DNA from: a virus
Strand: one strand, 5' to 3'
DNA length: 64,000 nucleotides
IMG/VR virus record: IMGVR_UViG_3300030012_004221
Coordinates: 94,184 to 158,183 of that record
This document shows positions 40,506-50,740 of the stretch, piece by piece. A program made the position numbers and the translations under genes. Under the pieces are notes generated by a model. It did no database searches. It was not told the origin of the DNA and saw only the letters and a program-made list of their open reading frames with translations. How positions within the stretch are numbered: the first letter of the stretch is position 1; each line of letters opens with the position of its first letter.

Positions 40506-43500
40506 TTAAGATCTTTTTACATATGTTTTATCTGGATCAAAGTAAAGAGTTTCTGAATCTACTACATAACCTACAATTCTTACTATATTACCAGTACTTG
40601 ATGGTGCTGTAGTACCAATACCACCACTTGTATCATTTAAGAATAATTTTGAACCTACTGTAAATCCATGGCTATTTTTACAAACAAATCCTTGTAACAT
40701 CATACCATCTGTTGATGAATTACTTCCTAATGCATATGCTAACCAACCACCTCCGGCTGTTTCTGAAGCTTTTGAAGCTGTAGACCATGCTCCTCCTGAT
40801 GTCCAATAATATACTTTACCTATAGTTACTGAATCATTTCCTAATTTAACTACAACACCAGAAGCACTTGTTTCTTCATCAGATAATTCACCTGTAAGTG
40901 CTAGTACAGCAGCATCAGAAAGTGTTAAATATTGGTAATTATTTCCAGTAGCTATCTCAATTTGGCTATCAACATCTATTTCTGAATTTGAATTATCCCA
41001 TCTTAATAAACCACCATCATTAGTTCCATTTATATCTAATGATAAAGTTCTATTTTGATCTAATGTAGCACTTGCTCCACCATTAATTCTTATAGGAGCA
41101 GTTGCTGTAATAGTAATTGATGAACCTGATCCTCCTACTACACCTGAAGATCCACTTGATCCTGATGAACCTGATGTTGCACTATTTCCTGATCCACCTT
41201 CTGCACCATCTGCACCATTTGATCCTGATGAACCACTTGTTCCTGAAACTTTACTTGCACCTGATACACCTGAGTTACCATTCGAACCTGAAGATCCTGT
41301 TGTACCTGAAGTACCTGAAAGTGCACTAGCACCTGCACCACCTGCGTTACCACTTGAACCTGATGATCCTGAAGATCCTGAGGTTTGTGATGAAGCACTT
41401 GCTCCTCTTTCTCCTAATTCACCTGAAGATCCACTTGATCCTGATGAACCACTTGTAGATGATGATTTACTTGCTCCTGGACTACCTGTTGCACCATTTG
41501 ATCCTGATGAACCTGAAGTACCTGAAACTGCACTAGCACCTGAACCACCTGCATTACCACTTGAACCTGTTGATCCTGAAGATCCTGAGGTATTACTTGA
41601 TGCACTTGCACCTCTTTCTCCTGCTTGACCACTAGAACCACTTGATCCTGAGGAACCACTTGTAGCTGAAGATTTACTTGATCCTGGACTACCTGCTGCA
41701 CCATTTGATCCTGATGAACCTGAAGTACCTGAAGCTGCACTTGCGCCAGAAGCACCTGGTTCACCAGCTATACCATTAGAACCATTTGATCCTGAAGTAC
41801 CTGAAACTGCACTAGCACCACTTTCACCTGGTTCGCCATCTCCACCACTTGAACCTGATGAACCACTTGAACCTGAAGTTCCTGATCCTTTACTTGCTCC
41901 ACTTCCTCCTGCGGCACCAGTTGAACCACTTGATCCTGAAGATCCTGAGGTATTACTTGATGCACTTGCACCTGCTTCTCCTGCTTGACCATTAGATCCA
42001 GATGAACCTGAAGTACCTGAAACTGCACTTGCACCAGAAGCACCTGCGTTACCACTTGAACCTGTTGATCCTGAAGATCCTGACGTACCTGAACCTGCAC
42101 TTTGACCATTACCACCTGTAATACCTGATGAACCACTAGATCCTGATGAGCCGCTTGTACCTGATGCTTTGCTTGCTCCACTTCCACCTGCTGCACCACT
42201 TGAACCTGTTGAACCAGATGAACCTGAAGTTCCTGATCCTTTACTTTGTCCACTTCCTCCAGTATTACCTGAAGAACCAGATGATCCACTTGATCCCGAA
42301 GTATTACTTGATGCACTTGCACCTGCTTCTCCAGCTCCTCCACTTGAACCACTTGATCCAGATGAACCACTTGTAGCGGATGCAGCACTTGCTCCTGCTT
42401 CACCTGCTTGACCATTTGAACCTGATGAACCACTTGTTCCTGAAACTGCACTAGCACCTGAACCACCTGCATTACCGCTTGAACCTGTTGATCCCGAAGA
42501 TCCTGAAGTACCTGATCCTTTACTTGCTCCATTTCCTCCTGTAGCACCAGTTGAACCACTTGATCCTGATGAACCACTTGTACCTGATGCTCTACTTGCA
42601 CCTGATTCACCTGCTGATCCTGTTGTACCATCTGCACCTGAAGACCCTGCTGATCCTGAAGTATTACTTAATCCTGACGCTCCTGCATTACCTGAAGAAC
42701 CATTTGATCCCGATGAACCTGAAGTACCTGATGCTCTACTTGCTCCACTTCCACCTGTAGCACCAGAAGAACCAGTTGAACCTGAAGATCCGCTTGTACC
42801 TGATCCTTTACTTTGTCCACTTCCTCCAGCGTTACCTGAAGAACCAGATGATCCACTTGATCCTGAAGTTGCTGATGATGCACTTGCACCTGCTTCTCCA
42901 GCTCCTCCACTTGAACCACTTGATCCACTAGAACCAGAAGTTGCACTTACTGCGCTTGCTCCTGCTTCACCTGCTTGACCATTTGAACCGGATGAACCTG
43001 AAGTACCTGAAACTGCACTTGCACCAGAAGCACCTGCGTTACCACTTGAACCTGTTGATCCTGATGAACCACTAGTTCCTGATCCTTTACTTGCTCCATT
43101 TCCACCTGCTGCACCAGTTGAACCACTTGATCCACTAGAACCAGAAGTTGCACTTGCTGCACTTGCTCCTGCTTCACCTGATGAACCTGTAGTACCATCT
43201 GCTCCACTTGAACCAGCTGAACCTGATGTACCACTTAAACCTGAAGCACCTGATACACCTGAAGATCCTGTTGAACCAGAAGTACCACTTGCTCCTGAGG
43301 AACCATTTGTTCCTGTTGCTGCACTAGCACCATTTGAACCTGAAGATCCTGATGTACCACTTAAACCTGAAGATCCTGAAGTTGCGCTTGCTCCTGACTC
43401 TCCTGCATTACCACTCGAACCATTTGAACCTGATGAACCACTTGTAGATGATGATGCGCTTGCTCCTGCTTCACCTGCTGCACCACTAGAACCACTTGAT

Positions 43501-46500
43501 CCACTAGAACCAGAAGTATTACTAGCTGCACTTGCACCTGCTTCTCCTGCATTACCATTAGAACCACTTGATCCTGAAGATCCTGAAGTGTTTGAAGATG
43601 CACTTACACCTCCATCACCTGCATTACCATTTGAACCACTTGAACCAGATGAACCACTTGTAGCTGAAGCTGCACTAGCACCTGCTTCTCCTGCTGATCC
43701 TGTTGTACCGTCTGCACCCGAAGATCCCGATGAACCTGAAGTATTACTTAATCCTGATACTCCTGCATTACCTGAAGAGCCATTTGATCCTGATGAACCA
43801 CTTGTAGCTGAAGCTTTACTTGCTCCCGCAGCACCTGCATCACCACTTGAACCACTTGATCCTGAAGATCCTGAAGTGTTTGAAGATGCACTTGCACCTG
43901 CTGCACCTGCATTACCAGTTGAACCTGAAGAACCTGAAGAACCTGATGTACCACTTAAAGCACTTGCTCCACTTGAACCTGCTGTACCACTTCCACCACT
44001 TAATCCTGATGATCCTGTTGAACCTGAAGTTGCACTATCACCTGATGAACCTGTAGTTCCATCTGCACCTGAGGATCCTGCTGAACCAGAAGTACCACTT
44101 AAACCACTCGCACCTGATACACCTGCTGAACCTGCTGAACCACTAGTTCCTGAAGCACCTGAAGAACCATTTGTTCCTGTTGCAGCACTTGCTCCACTTG
44201 AACCTGTTGAACCTGAAGTTCCACTTAATCCTGAAGAACCTGAAGTAGCACTTGCACCTGATTCACCTGCATTACCGCTTGAACCATTTGAGCCCGAACT
44301 ACCACTTGTAGATGAAGCTGCACTTGCACCAGCATTACCTGCCGCACCACTTGAACCTGAAGATCCTGAAGATCCACTTGTACCTGATTGTTTACTTTCC
44401 CCACTTGATCCTGTTGTACCATCTGCTCCACTTGAACCAGCTGATCCTGAAGTACCACTTAAACCACTTGCACCTGATACACCTGCTGAACCCGCAGATC
44501 CTGAAGTACCACTTGCTCCTGAAGAACCATTTGTTCCTGTTGCAGCACTAGCACCATTTGAACCAGATGAACCTGAAGTTCCACTTTCTCCAGAAGAGCC
44601 AGATGTTGCACTTGCACCTGATTCACCGGCATTACCACTCGATCCATTAGACCCTGAAGATCCTGATGTTGATGATACAGCACTTGCTCCTGCATTACCT
44701 GCTGCACCACTTGAACCACTTGATCCAGATGAACCACTTGTACCTGATTGTTTGCTTTCTCCACTTGAACCTGTTGTTCCATCTGCACCTGAAGATCCTG
44801 CTGATCCTGAGGTACCACTTAAACCACTTGCACCTGATACACCAGCAGATCCTGTTGAACCTGAAGTACCACTTGCTCCTGAAGAACCGTTTGTTCCTGT
44901 TCCTCCACTTGCACCTGAAGATCCTGTTGAACCTGATGTTCCACTTAATCCTGAAGAACCTGAAGTAGCACTTGCACCTGATTCACCTGCATTACCGCTT
45001 GAACCGTTAGATCCTGATGAACCAGAAGTTGCACTTGCTGCACTTGCACCTGCATCACCTGCCGCACCACTAGAACCATTTGAACCTGATGAACCTGAAG
45101 TTCCACTTTCTCCACTTGAACCTGTTGTTCCATCTGCACCTGAGGATCCTGCTGAACCAGAAGTACCACTTAAACCTGAAGCACCTGATACACCTGCTGA
45201 ACCCGTTGAACCTGAAGTACCACTTGCTCCTGAAGAACCGTTTGTTCCTGTTGCAGCACTTGCTCCACTGGAACCTGTTGAACCTGATGTTCCACTTTCT
45301 CCAGAAGAACCTGAAGTTCCACTACCTCCAGATTCACCGGCGTTACCGTTTGAACCATTTGATCCTGATGAACCGGAAGTTGCACTTGCTGCACTTGCAC
45401 CAGCGTTACCTGCTGCACCACTTGAACCATTAGATCCTGAAGATCCTGATGTTGCACTATCACCTGATGAACCTGTTGTTCCATCTGCTCCACTTGAACC
45501 AGCTGAACCTGATGTACCACTTAATCCACTTGCACCTGATATACCTGCAGATCCTGTTGAACCACTAGTCCCTGAAGCGCCTGAAGAACCGTTTGTTCCT
45601 GTTCCTCCACTTGCACCATTTGAACCTGAAGATCCTGATGTACCACTTTCACCTGAAGATCCTGATGTAGCACTTGCACCTGATTCACCAGCGTTACCAC
45701 TTGAACCGTTTGAACCTGATGAGCCGCTTGTAGCTGAAGCTGCACTTGCTCCTGCATTACCTGCTGCACCACTAGAACCATTCGAACCTGATGAACCTGA
45801 AGTTCCACTTTCTCCAGAAGAACCTGTTGTACCGTCAGCACCTGAAGATCCTGCTGAACCAGAAGTACCACTTAAACCACTTGCACCCGATATACCTGCT
45901 GAACCTGTTGAACCAGAGGTACCACTTGCACCTGAAGAACCATTTGTTCCTGTTCCTCCACTTGCACCATTTGAACCTGATGAACCTGAAGTTCCACTTT
46001 CTCCAGAAGAACCAGATGTTGCACTAGCGCCAGATTCACCAGCGTTACCACTAGAACCATTTGAACCTGAACTACCACTTGTAGCTGATGCAGCGCTTGC
46101 TCCTGCTGCTCCTGCTCCTCCACTTGAACCATTTGATCCTGAAGATCCTGAAGTTCCACTTTCTCCACTTGAACCTGTTGTTCCATCTGCACCTGAAGAT
46201 CCTGCTGATCCTGAAGTTCCTGCTAAACCTGAAGCACCTGATACACCTGCTGAACCACTAGATCCTGAAGTTGCAGAAGCACCACTTGAACCTACTGTTC
46301 CTGTTGCACCACTTACACCACTTGAACCTGTTGAACCTGAGGTAGCTGACTCACCTGAAGATCCTGTTGTACCATCGTCACCTGAAGATCCTGAAGAACC
46401 ATTAGTTCCACTTAAACCTGAAACACCTGCTACACCAGATGATCCCGAAGTACCATTTCCACCACTTGATCCTGATGAACCTGATGTACCAGCTGAACCT

Positions 46501-47909
46501 GATGTACCTGAATTACCTGCTTCACCTGATGAACCTGTAGTACCATCTGCTCCACTTGATCCTGATGAACCTGAAGTTCCTGCTAGACCTGAAGCACCTG
46601 ATACACCACTTGAACCTTGTGAACCTGAAGTTGCACTTGCACCACTTGAACCTACTGTTCCTGTTGCACCACTCACTCCTGAAGATCCTGATGATCCTGA
46701 TGTTTTACTTTCACCTGAAGAACCTGTTGTACCATCATCACCTGAAGAACCCGATGAACCATTAGTACCACTTAATCCTGAAACACCAGCTACACCGGAT
46801 GAACCTGAAGTACCATTTGCACCACTTGAACCAGATGAACCTGCTGAACCAGAAGTACCACTTACACCTGAAGAACCACTTGTACCTGATTGTTTACTTT
46901 CTCCACTTGAACCTGTTGTACCGTCATCTCCTGATGATCCTGAAGAACCATTAGTTCCACTTAAACCTGAAACACCTGCTACACCAGATGATCCTGAAGT
47001 ACCGTTTGCTCCACTTGAACCAGATGAACCTCCTGAACCTGAAGACCCTGCTGTACCTGATTGGCCAGCTGTACCACTAGAGCCTGCTATACCACTAGTA
47101 CCACTTGATACTTCAACAAATCCTATTTTACCTGATCCTGTTGCATATGTTAATACAAAAGGAAAATCTTGAACTGGTGCTGATTTTATTTGGAATTCAT
47201 TTCCAGTTCCACTTATATCAAATGTACTACTACCTGTTACTGCAAAACCTCCACTATCAGATCCTGTTATTTGAGCTGATCCTGAAAACGGAAAACCTGC
47301 ACCACCTCCTAATCCATCATTTAAAGTTCTAGCTACATATTGATAAACTGAACATTTTACTGTATCACCTGTAGTAGGTGCTACATCTGCATCATTAAAT
47401 TGTATTACACCTGTTTTATAATCAAATTGGTAATTTGCTGCATTCTGTTTAGTACCATTTACTCTAATAGTTACATTATAACCTGGTGTTGCATCTTCTG
47501 TATCTGCATTTGATAAAGAAGGATCTGAGTATTTAGGAGAAATAAAACTTCCTTGTTGGCCTGCCTGTAAAATTTGAGGTGTTACTGCTGTAGTAGGATC
47601 ATGTCCTGAAGCTGATATAAAGAAGAATACTTCTGTTTTACTACCATTTACAACATTTGAAGGTGTTAATGTGAATTGATAATAATATTTTAATAAGTCA
47701 GCACTTCCAGATAAAACAGTAGATTCATTCTGACTACTACCAGAATATGGCAATCCCGTAGCAGGGATAGCTGCTTGATCTATATAGATTTCAGTAGCAT
47801 TGAGGTCAAGTACTCGCGTGAATGCTTCTTGTGCATCCGTACTTGACTCCATTGTATATCTTCTACTCTGGAGTAACCTATTTGATTTTTTAGTTTTATC
47901 TAATGCCAT
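40506..47909 (-). CDS. Giant Gly/Ser triplet-repeat (collagen-like) fibre protein
   Basis: About 270-aa N-terminal domain, 1995-aa triplet region and about 200-aa C-terminal domain. Confidence 0.85.
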   Translation of the reverse strand: MALDKTKKSNRLLQSRRYTMESSTDAQEAFTRVLDLNATEIYIDQAAIPATGLPYSGSSQNESTVLSGSADLLKYYYQFTLTPSNVVNGSKTEVFFFISASGHDPTTAVTPQILQAGQQGSFISPKYSDPSLSNADTEDATPGYNVTIRVNGTKQNAANYQFDYKTGVIQFNDADVAPTTGDTVKCSVYQYVARTLNDGLGGGAGFPFSGSAQITGSDSGGFAVTGSSTFDISGTGNEFQIKSAPVQDFPFVLTYATGSGKIGFVEVSSGTSGIAGSSGTAGQSGTAGSSGSGGSSGSSGANGTSGSSGVAGVSGLSGTNGSSGSSGDDGTTGSSGESKQSGTSGSSGVSGTSGSAGSSGSSGANGTSGSSGVAGVSGLSGTNGSSGSSGDDGTTGSSGESKTSGSSGSSGVSGATGTVGSSGASATSGSQGSSGVSGASGLAGTSGSSGSSGADGTTGSSGEAGNSGTSGSAGTSGSSGSSGGNGTSGSSGVAGVSGLSGTNGSSGSSGDDGTTGSSGESATSGSTGSSGVSGATGTVGSSGASATSGSSGSAGVSGASGLAGTSGSAGSSGADGTTGSSGESGTSGSSGSNGSSGGAGAAGASAASATSGSSGSNGSSGNAGESGASATSGSSGESGTSGSSGSNGASGGTGTNGSSGASGTSGSTGSAGISGASGLSGTSGSAGSSGADGTTGSSGESGTSGSSGSNGSSGAAGNAGASAASATSGSSGSNGSSGNAGESGASATSGSSGESGTSGSSGSNGASGGTGTNGSSGASGTSGSTGSAGISGASGLSGTSGSAGSSGADGTTGSSGDSATSGSSGSNGSSGAAGNAGASAASATSGSSGSNGSNGNAGESGGSGTSGSSGESGTSGSTGSSGASAATGTNGSSGASGTSGSTGSAGVSGASGLSGTSGSAGSSGADGTTGSSGESGTSGSSGSNGSSGAAGDAGASAASATSGSSGSNGSSGNAGESGASATSGSSGLSGTSGSTGSSGASGGTGTNGSSGASGTSGSTGSAGVSGASGLSGTSGSAGSSGADGTTGSSGESKQSGTSGSSGSSGSSGAAGNAGASAVSSTSGSSGSNGSSGNAGESGASATSGSSGESGTSGSSGSNGASAATGTNGSSGASGTSGSAGSAGVSGASGLSGTSGSAGSSGADGTTGSSGESKQSGTSGSSGSSGSSGAAGNAGASAASSTSGSSGSNGSSGNAGESGASATSGSSGLSGTSGSTGSSGASAATGTNGSSGASGTSGSAGSAGVSGASGLSGTSGSAGSSGADGTTGSSGDSATSGSTGSSGLSGGSGTAGSSGASALSGTSGSSGSSGSTGNAGAAGASASSNTSGSSGSSGSSGDAGAAGASKASATSGSSGSNGSSGNAGVSGLSNTSGSSGSSGADGTTGSAGEAGASAASATSGSSGSSGSNGNAGDGGVSASSNTSGSSGSSGSNGNAGEAGASAASNTSGSSGSSGSSGAAGEAGASASSSTSGSSGSNGSSGNAGESGASATSGSSGLSGTSGSSGSNGASAATGTNGSSGASGTSGSTGSSGVSGASGLSGTSGSAGSSGADGTTGSSGEAGASAASATSGSSGSSGSTGAAGGNGASKGSGTSGSSGSTGSSGNAGASGASAVSGTSGSSGSNGQAGEAGASAVSATSGSSGSSGSSGGAGEAGASASSATSGSSGSSGSSGNAGGSGQSKGSGTSGSSGSTGSSGATGGSGASRASGTSGSSGSNGSSGNAGASGLSNTSGSAGSSGADGTTGSAGESGASRASGTSGSSGSSGSTGATGGNGASKGSGTSGSSGSTGSSGNAGGSGASAVSGTSGSSGSNGQAGEAGASAASATSGSSGSSGSSGGAGEAGASASSNTSGSSGSSGSSGNTGGSGQSKGSGTSGSSGSTGSSGAAGGSGASKASGTSGSSGSSGSSGITGGNGQSAGSGTSGSSGSTGSSGNAGASGASAVSGTSGSSGSNGQAGEAGASASSNTSGSSGSSGSTGAAGGSGASKGSGTSGSSGSSGSSGGDGEPGESGASAVSGTSGSNGSNGIAGEPGASGASAASGTSGSSGSNGAAGSPGSSKSSATSGSSGSSGSSGQAGERGASASSNTSGSSGSTGSSGNAGGSGASAVSGTSGSSGSNGATGSPGASKSSSTSGSSGSSGSSGELGERGASASSQTSGSSGSSGSSGNAGGAGASALSGTSGTTGSSGSNGNSGVSGASKVSGTSGSSGSNGADGAEGGSGNSATSGSSGSSGSSGVVGGSGSSITITATAPIRINGGASATLDQNRTLSLDINGTNDGGLLRWDNSNSEIDVDSQIEIATGNNYQYLTLSDAAVLALTGELSDEETSASGVVVKLGNDSVTIGKVYYWTSGGAWSTASKASETAGGGWLAYALGSNSSTDGMMLQGFVCKNSHGFTVGSKLFLNDTSGGIGTTAPSSTGNIVRIVGYVVDSETLYFDPDKTYVKRS
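41118..47102 (-). repeat. 9-nt (Gly-X-Y) periodic region of 5985 nt = 665 triplets, with 351/360-nt higher-order repeats
   Basis: First Gly codon at 47100-47102, last GSS ends at 41118. The landmark gtaccacttaa recurs with its tta at 44099, 44459, 44819, 45170, 45521 and 45872. Confidence 0.9.
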
Positions 47910-47916
47910 TCTTTAT

Positions 47917-50706
47917 TTATGCAATTGTTATTGTTATATCTTCTACTGGTGTTGGATCACCTTTATACCTTATTATAACTATAAAGTCTTGATCGGATCC
48001 ATCCAAAATCATACCATCACCGTTACGAAGAGGTATATTATAATTATTTCCATTTACACTACCACCTACATTACCATATAAAGCAATATTTGTTGTAAAT
48101 GGGTTTTTAAACCCATCATTAGCTATACTAGCTGATATAACATTGTCTACTGTGTTTGTAGGGTCAAAAATTCTTGGTGGAGTATAGTTACCTGTTCCTG
48201 AGCTTTGAAATATAATTGCAGCGGACACACCATTAGTAAATGGTTCCTGCCAAGGATTTAAAGTAGTACCTAAACTCATAGTTACACTACCAGCTCCTGT
48301 TCCTAAAGTTCTTTGAAATGCTCTAGCATAATAAATATAATCTCCTGATGAACCATTAGCAGGTGACCAATAACCATTTGTACCACCTGGTTCAACTAAA
48401 TATCCTGGTTTTACTTGCAATTCTAAAGGATCTAATACAAATTCACTATAACTAGATGTATCAAACTTATCACCACCAGCGTAAGTTCCTACAAGTAAAT
48501 TATTATTAATTTTAATCCTATTATTTTCTCCTGAAAAATTTTCTGAGAATGAAGTTGTTCCTGTTAATGAACTACCATCATATCCCTGAGCTCTACCATA
48601 ATATGCCATTGAACCTGATGCTGCATCTTGGCCAAAAGTTCCAGGTTTAAAATACTCAAATGTATTTGTATTTGTTGTTATATCAACCCCATTTCTTCTT
48701 CTACATCTATCCTCAGCAGTAAATGTTGTTGGTGATATTGAAGTTTGAGTTATATTAGTTGAACCAGCACTTCCAGCATTTACTGTTAAACTACCGGTTA
48801 ATTTTACTATATCAGTTTCAAATGGAACTGTACTTGTTGCTCTAGCAGTTGTACCTGTAGAATCAAATATAAAATTAGCTGTTTGTATTGTACCACCACT
48901 TAGAGAACCCGCACTAACACCTGTTCCACCATCTGCAATAGTTAAAATACCTACTGATTCAAATATTCTAGCAAATGTAGAACTTGCAGCATATAAAGGA
49001 TCAAATGCATTAGTAATTGAAGCTGATGATTCCCAAGTAGCTGTTAGTAAATAAGGTGCACCTGAAAGTGATCTTGATGTTGCAGTTAATGATTGACTAC
49101 CTGCACTTGCTATAGTTGGGGTATTTGTTGGTACATTTGTATTAATTTGTGTTGTTGGGGCATAAAATACTTCTATATTATTTTCAAAAAATGTTGAATA
49201 ATTAGAGGATCCAGATTGTATACCTACAGATTGAGATAAGTAATAATATCCTGATGATGAAGGTGATGTTAATGATACTCCATCGTTATAAAAACCTTGA
49301 TCAAATACACCTGCAAATTTACCATCTTGAAAAGCATCAGGAATTAAAGGATTACCTGTTGATATATCTCCAACAGTTAAACCATCAGATGTTCCTGCTC
49401 CTGTTCTTGTTAAAAAGTGTACTGATGCTGATGACACTGTTAATGTTTTTGAACTATTATTAGCAAATCTATTCATTTGTGAACTCGATACATTAAATGC
49501 TGAGTTAATAGCTCCTAATCCAAATAATTGTGAGTCAACTGATGATGATACTATAGTTGTACCACCAGCTACAGATTGATAAGATCTATTATATGCAGAG
49601 CTATTAGCGATAGGTGATATTCCTTGAAATATCTGTTGACCTGCTGTTGCAAATCCTTTAGATTGTAAATAATTAATTGTATCGTTAGTACTTGTTTGAG
49701 GTACACGTCCACTAGGTGCTGTACCAGTAGTAGCATTTGTAGTTGCTACGCCTAAACTCGCGTAAGTACGCGTATTGGGTGATGCATCTGGTGCAGAAGC
49801 ACTTAATAAACCAGCCATAAATCTTAAAATTTCTGCTGTGTCTGTATTATGATCAAAATTATTAAAATATGAACCATCTAAATCTGTTTTCCATGCTTTT
49901 GATGTAGGAATACCTACATTATCTGTATAATGCCATATTGATTGACTTATAGTCATTGCATATTTATCTACACCTCCTCCTGTTCCTGCATTTGAAGCTG
50001 TTATATTAGCACCTGTTGTTGTAAATGGAGATTGTTGTATTGTACTTCCTGTTACTTGTAATGAAGAGGTTGTACCAAATATATCACCTGTTACAACATT
50101 AAAAATACCATCTACTGTAGAACTACCTCCACTTCCATATGAACCTGTATAATAAACTAATCCTGTTGATTCATCTCTTACTAATACTCCATATGTTTGT
50201 CCTGGGTTTTGAGATGCACTTATTTGTAAAAATGCTGATGTACTTATATTACCTGATGCTGTTATTTCACTAGCAACTACTTGAGCACTAGAGCTAATAA
50301 TACCAGATGCAGTTATATTATTATTTACATATAATGAAGATGATAAATCAACATCTCCTGTTATATTAAGAGAACCTGTTATTTGTAAATCGTTTGTAGT
50401 AGCAAAAAATGAACCAGTTTGAACAAATATACCTGATCCTCCTCCACCACCACCACCTGTGGATGAAATTGTTACTACACCTTTACCATCAGCAGGTGAT
50501 ATTGAAACATTAGATCCTGCTATAATTTGTTGAACACCTTCTGTAGCTGAACTAATATCTACACTATGGGTAACACTACTACTAGGAAAGAAAAATGACA
50601 GAATAGATGCAGATACAGAACTAGAAACATACAGCGACTGAAAATTGCCATCTACTTCTGCGAATGTTAACTCGGAACCTTTGTTCTGTCTTAATATTAT
50701 ACCCAT
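47917..50706 (-). CDS. Virion fibre/appendage protein
   Basis: N-terminal LRQNKGSELTFAEVDGNF motif typical of phage fibre N-termini; Ser/Thr/Gly-rich; late motif upstream. Confidence 0.7.
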   Translation of the reverse strand: MGIILRQNKGSELTFAEVDGNFQSLYVSSSVSASILSFFFPSSSVTHSVDISSATEGVQQIIAGSNVSISPADGKGVVTISSTGGGGGGGSGIFVQTGSFFATTNDLQITGSLNITGDVDLSSSLYVNNNITASGIISSSAQVVASEITASGNISTSAFLQISASQNPGQTYGVLVRDESTGLVYYTGSYGSGGSSTVDGIFNVVTGDIFGTTSSLQVTGSTIQQSPFTTTGANITASNAGTGGGVDKYAMTISQSIWHYTDNVGIPTSKAWKTDLDGSYFNNFDHNTDTAEILRFMAGLLSASAPDASPNTRTYASLGVATTNATTGTAPSGRVPQTSTNDTINYLQSKGFATAGQQIFQGISPIANSSAYNRSYQSVAGGTTIVSSSVDSQLFGLGAINSAFNVSSSQMNRFANNSSKTLTVSSASVHFLTRTGAGTSDGLTVGDISTGNPLIPDAFQDGKFAGVFDQGFYNDGVSLTSPSSSGYYYLSQSVGIQSGSSNYSTFFENNIEVFYAPTTQINTNVPTNTPTIASAGSQSLTATSRSLSGAPYLLTATWESSASITNAFDPLYAASSTFARIFESVGILTIADGGTGVSAGSLSGGTIQTANFIFDSTGTTARATSTVPFETDIVKLTGSLTVNAGSAGSTNITQTSISPTTFTAEDRCRRRNGVDITTNTNTFEYFKPGTFGQDAASGSMAYYGRAQGYDGSSLTGTTSFSENFSGENNRIKINNNLLVGTYAGGDKFDTSSYSEFVLDPLELQVKPGYLVEPGGTNGYWSPANGSSGDYIYYARAFQRTLGTGAGSVTMSLGTTLNPWQEPFTNGVSAAIIFQSSGTGNYTPPRIFDPTNTVDNVISASIANDGFKNPFTTNIALYGNVGGSVNGNNYNIPLRNGDGMILDGSDQDFIVIIRYKGDPTPVEDITITIA

Positions 50707-50740
50707 CTAATTTTATTTATAAATATTACGGAATCAGTTA

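Noticed and set aside
43588-47172. 1194-aa Pro/Glu-rich ORF on the plus strand
   Set aside because: Antisense shadow of the Gly/Ser repeat. Repetitive GGT/TCA/AGT codons leave one opposite frame stop-free, and every other gene is on the minus strand.
41117-47332. Many Gln/Val-rich and Leu/His-rich short ORFs
   Set aside because: Off-frame or antisense products of the 9-nt periodicity; their lengths simply mirror the 351/360-nt repeat.
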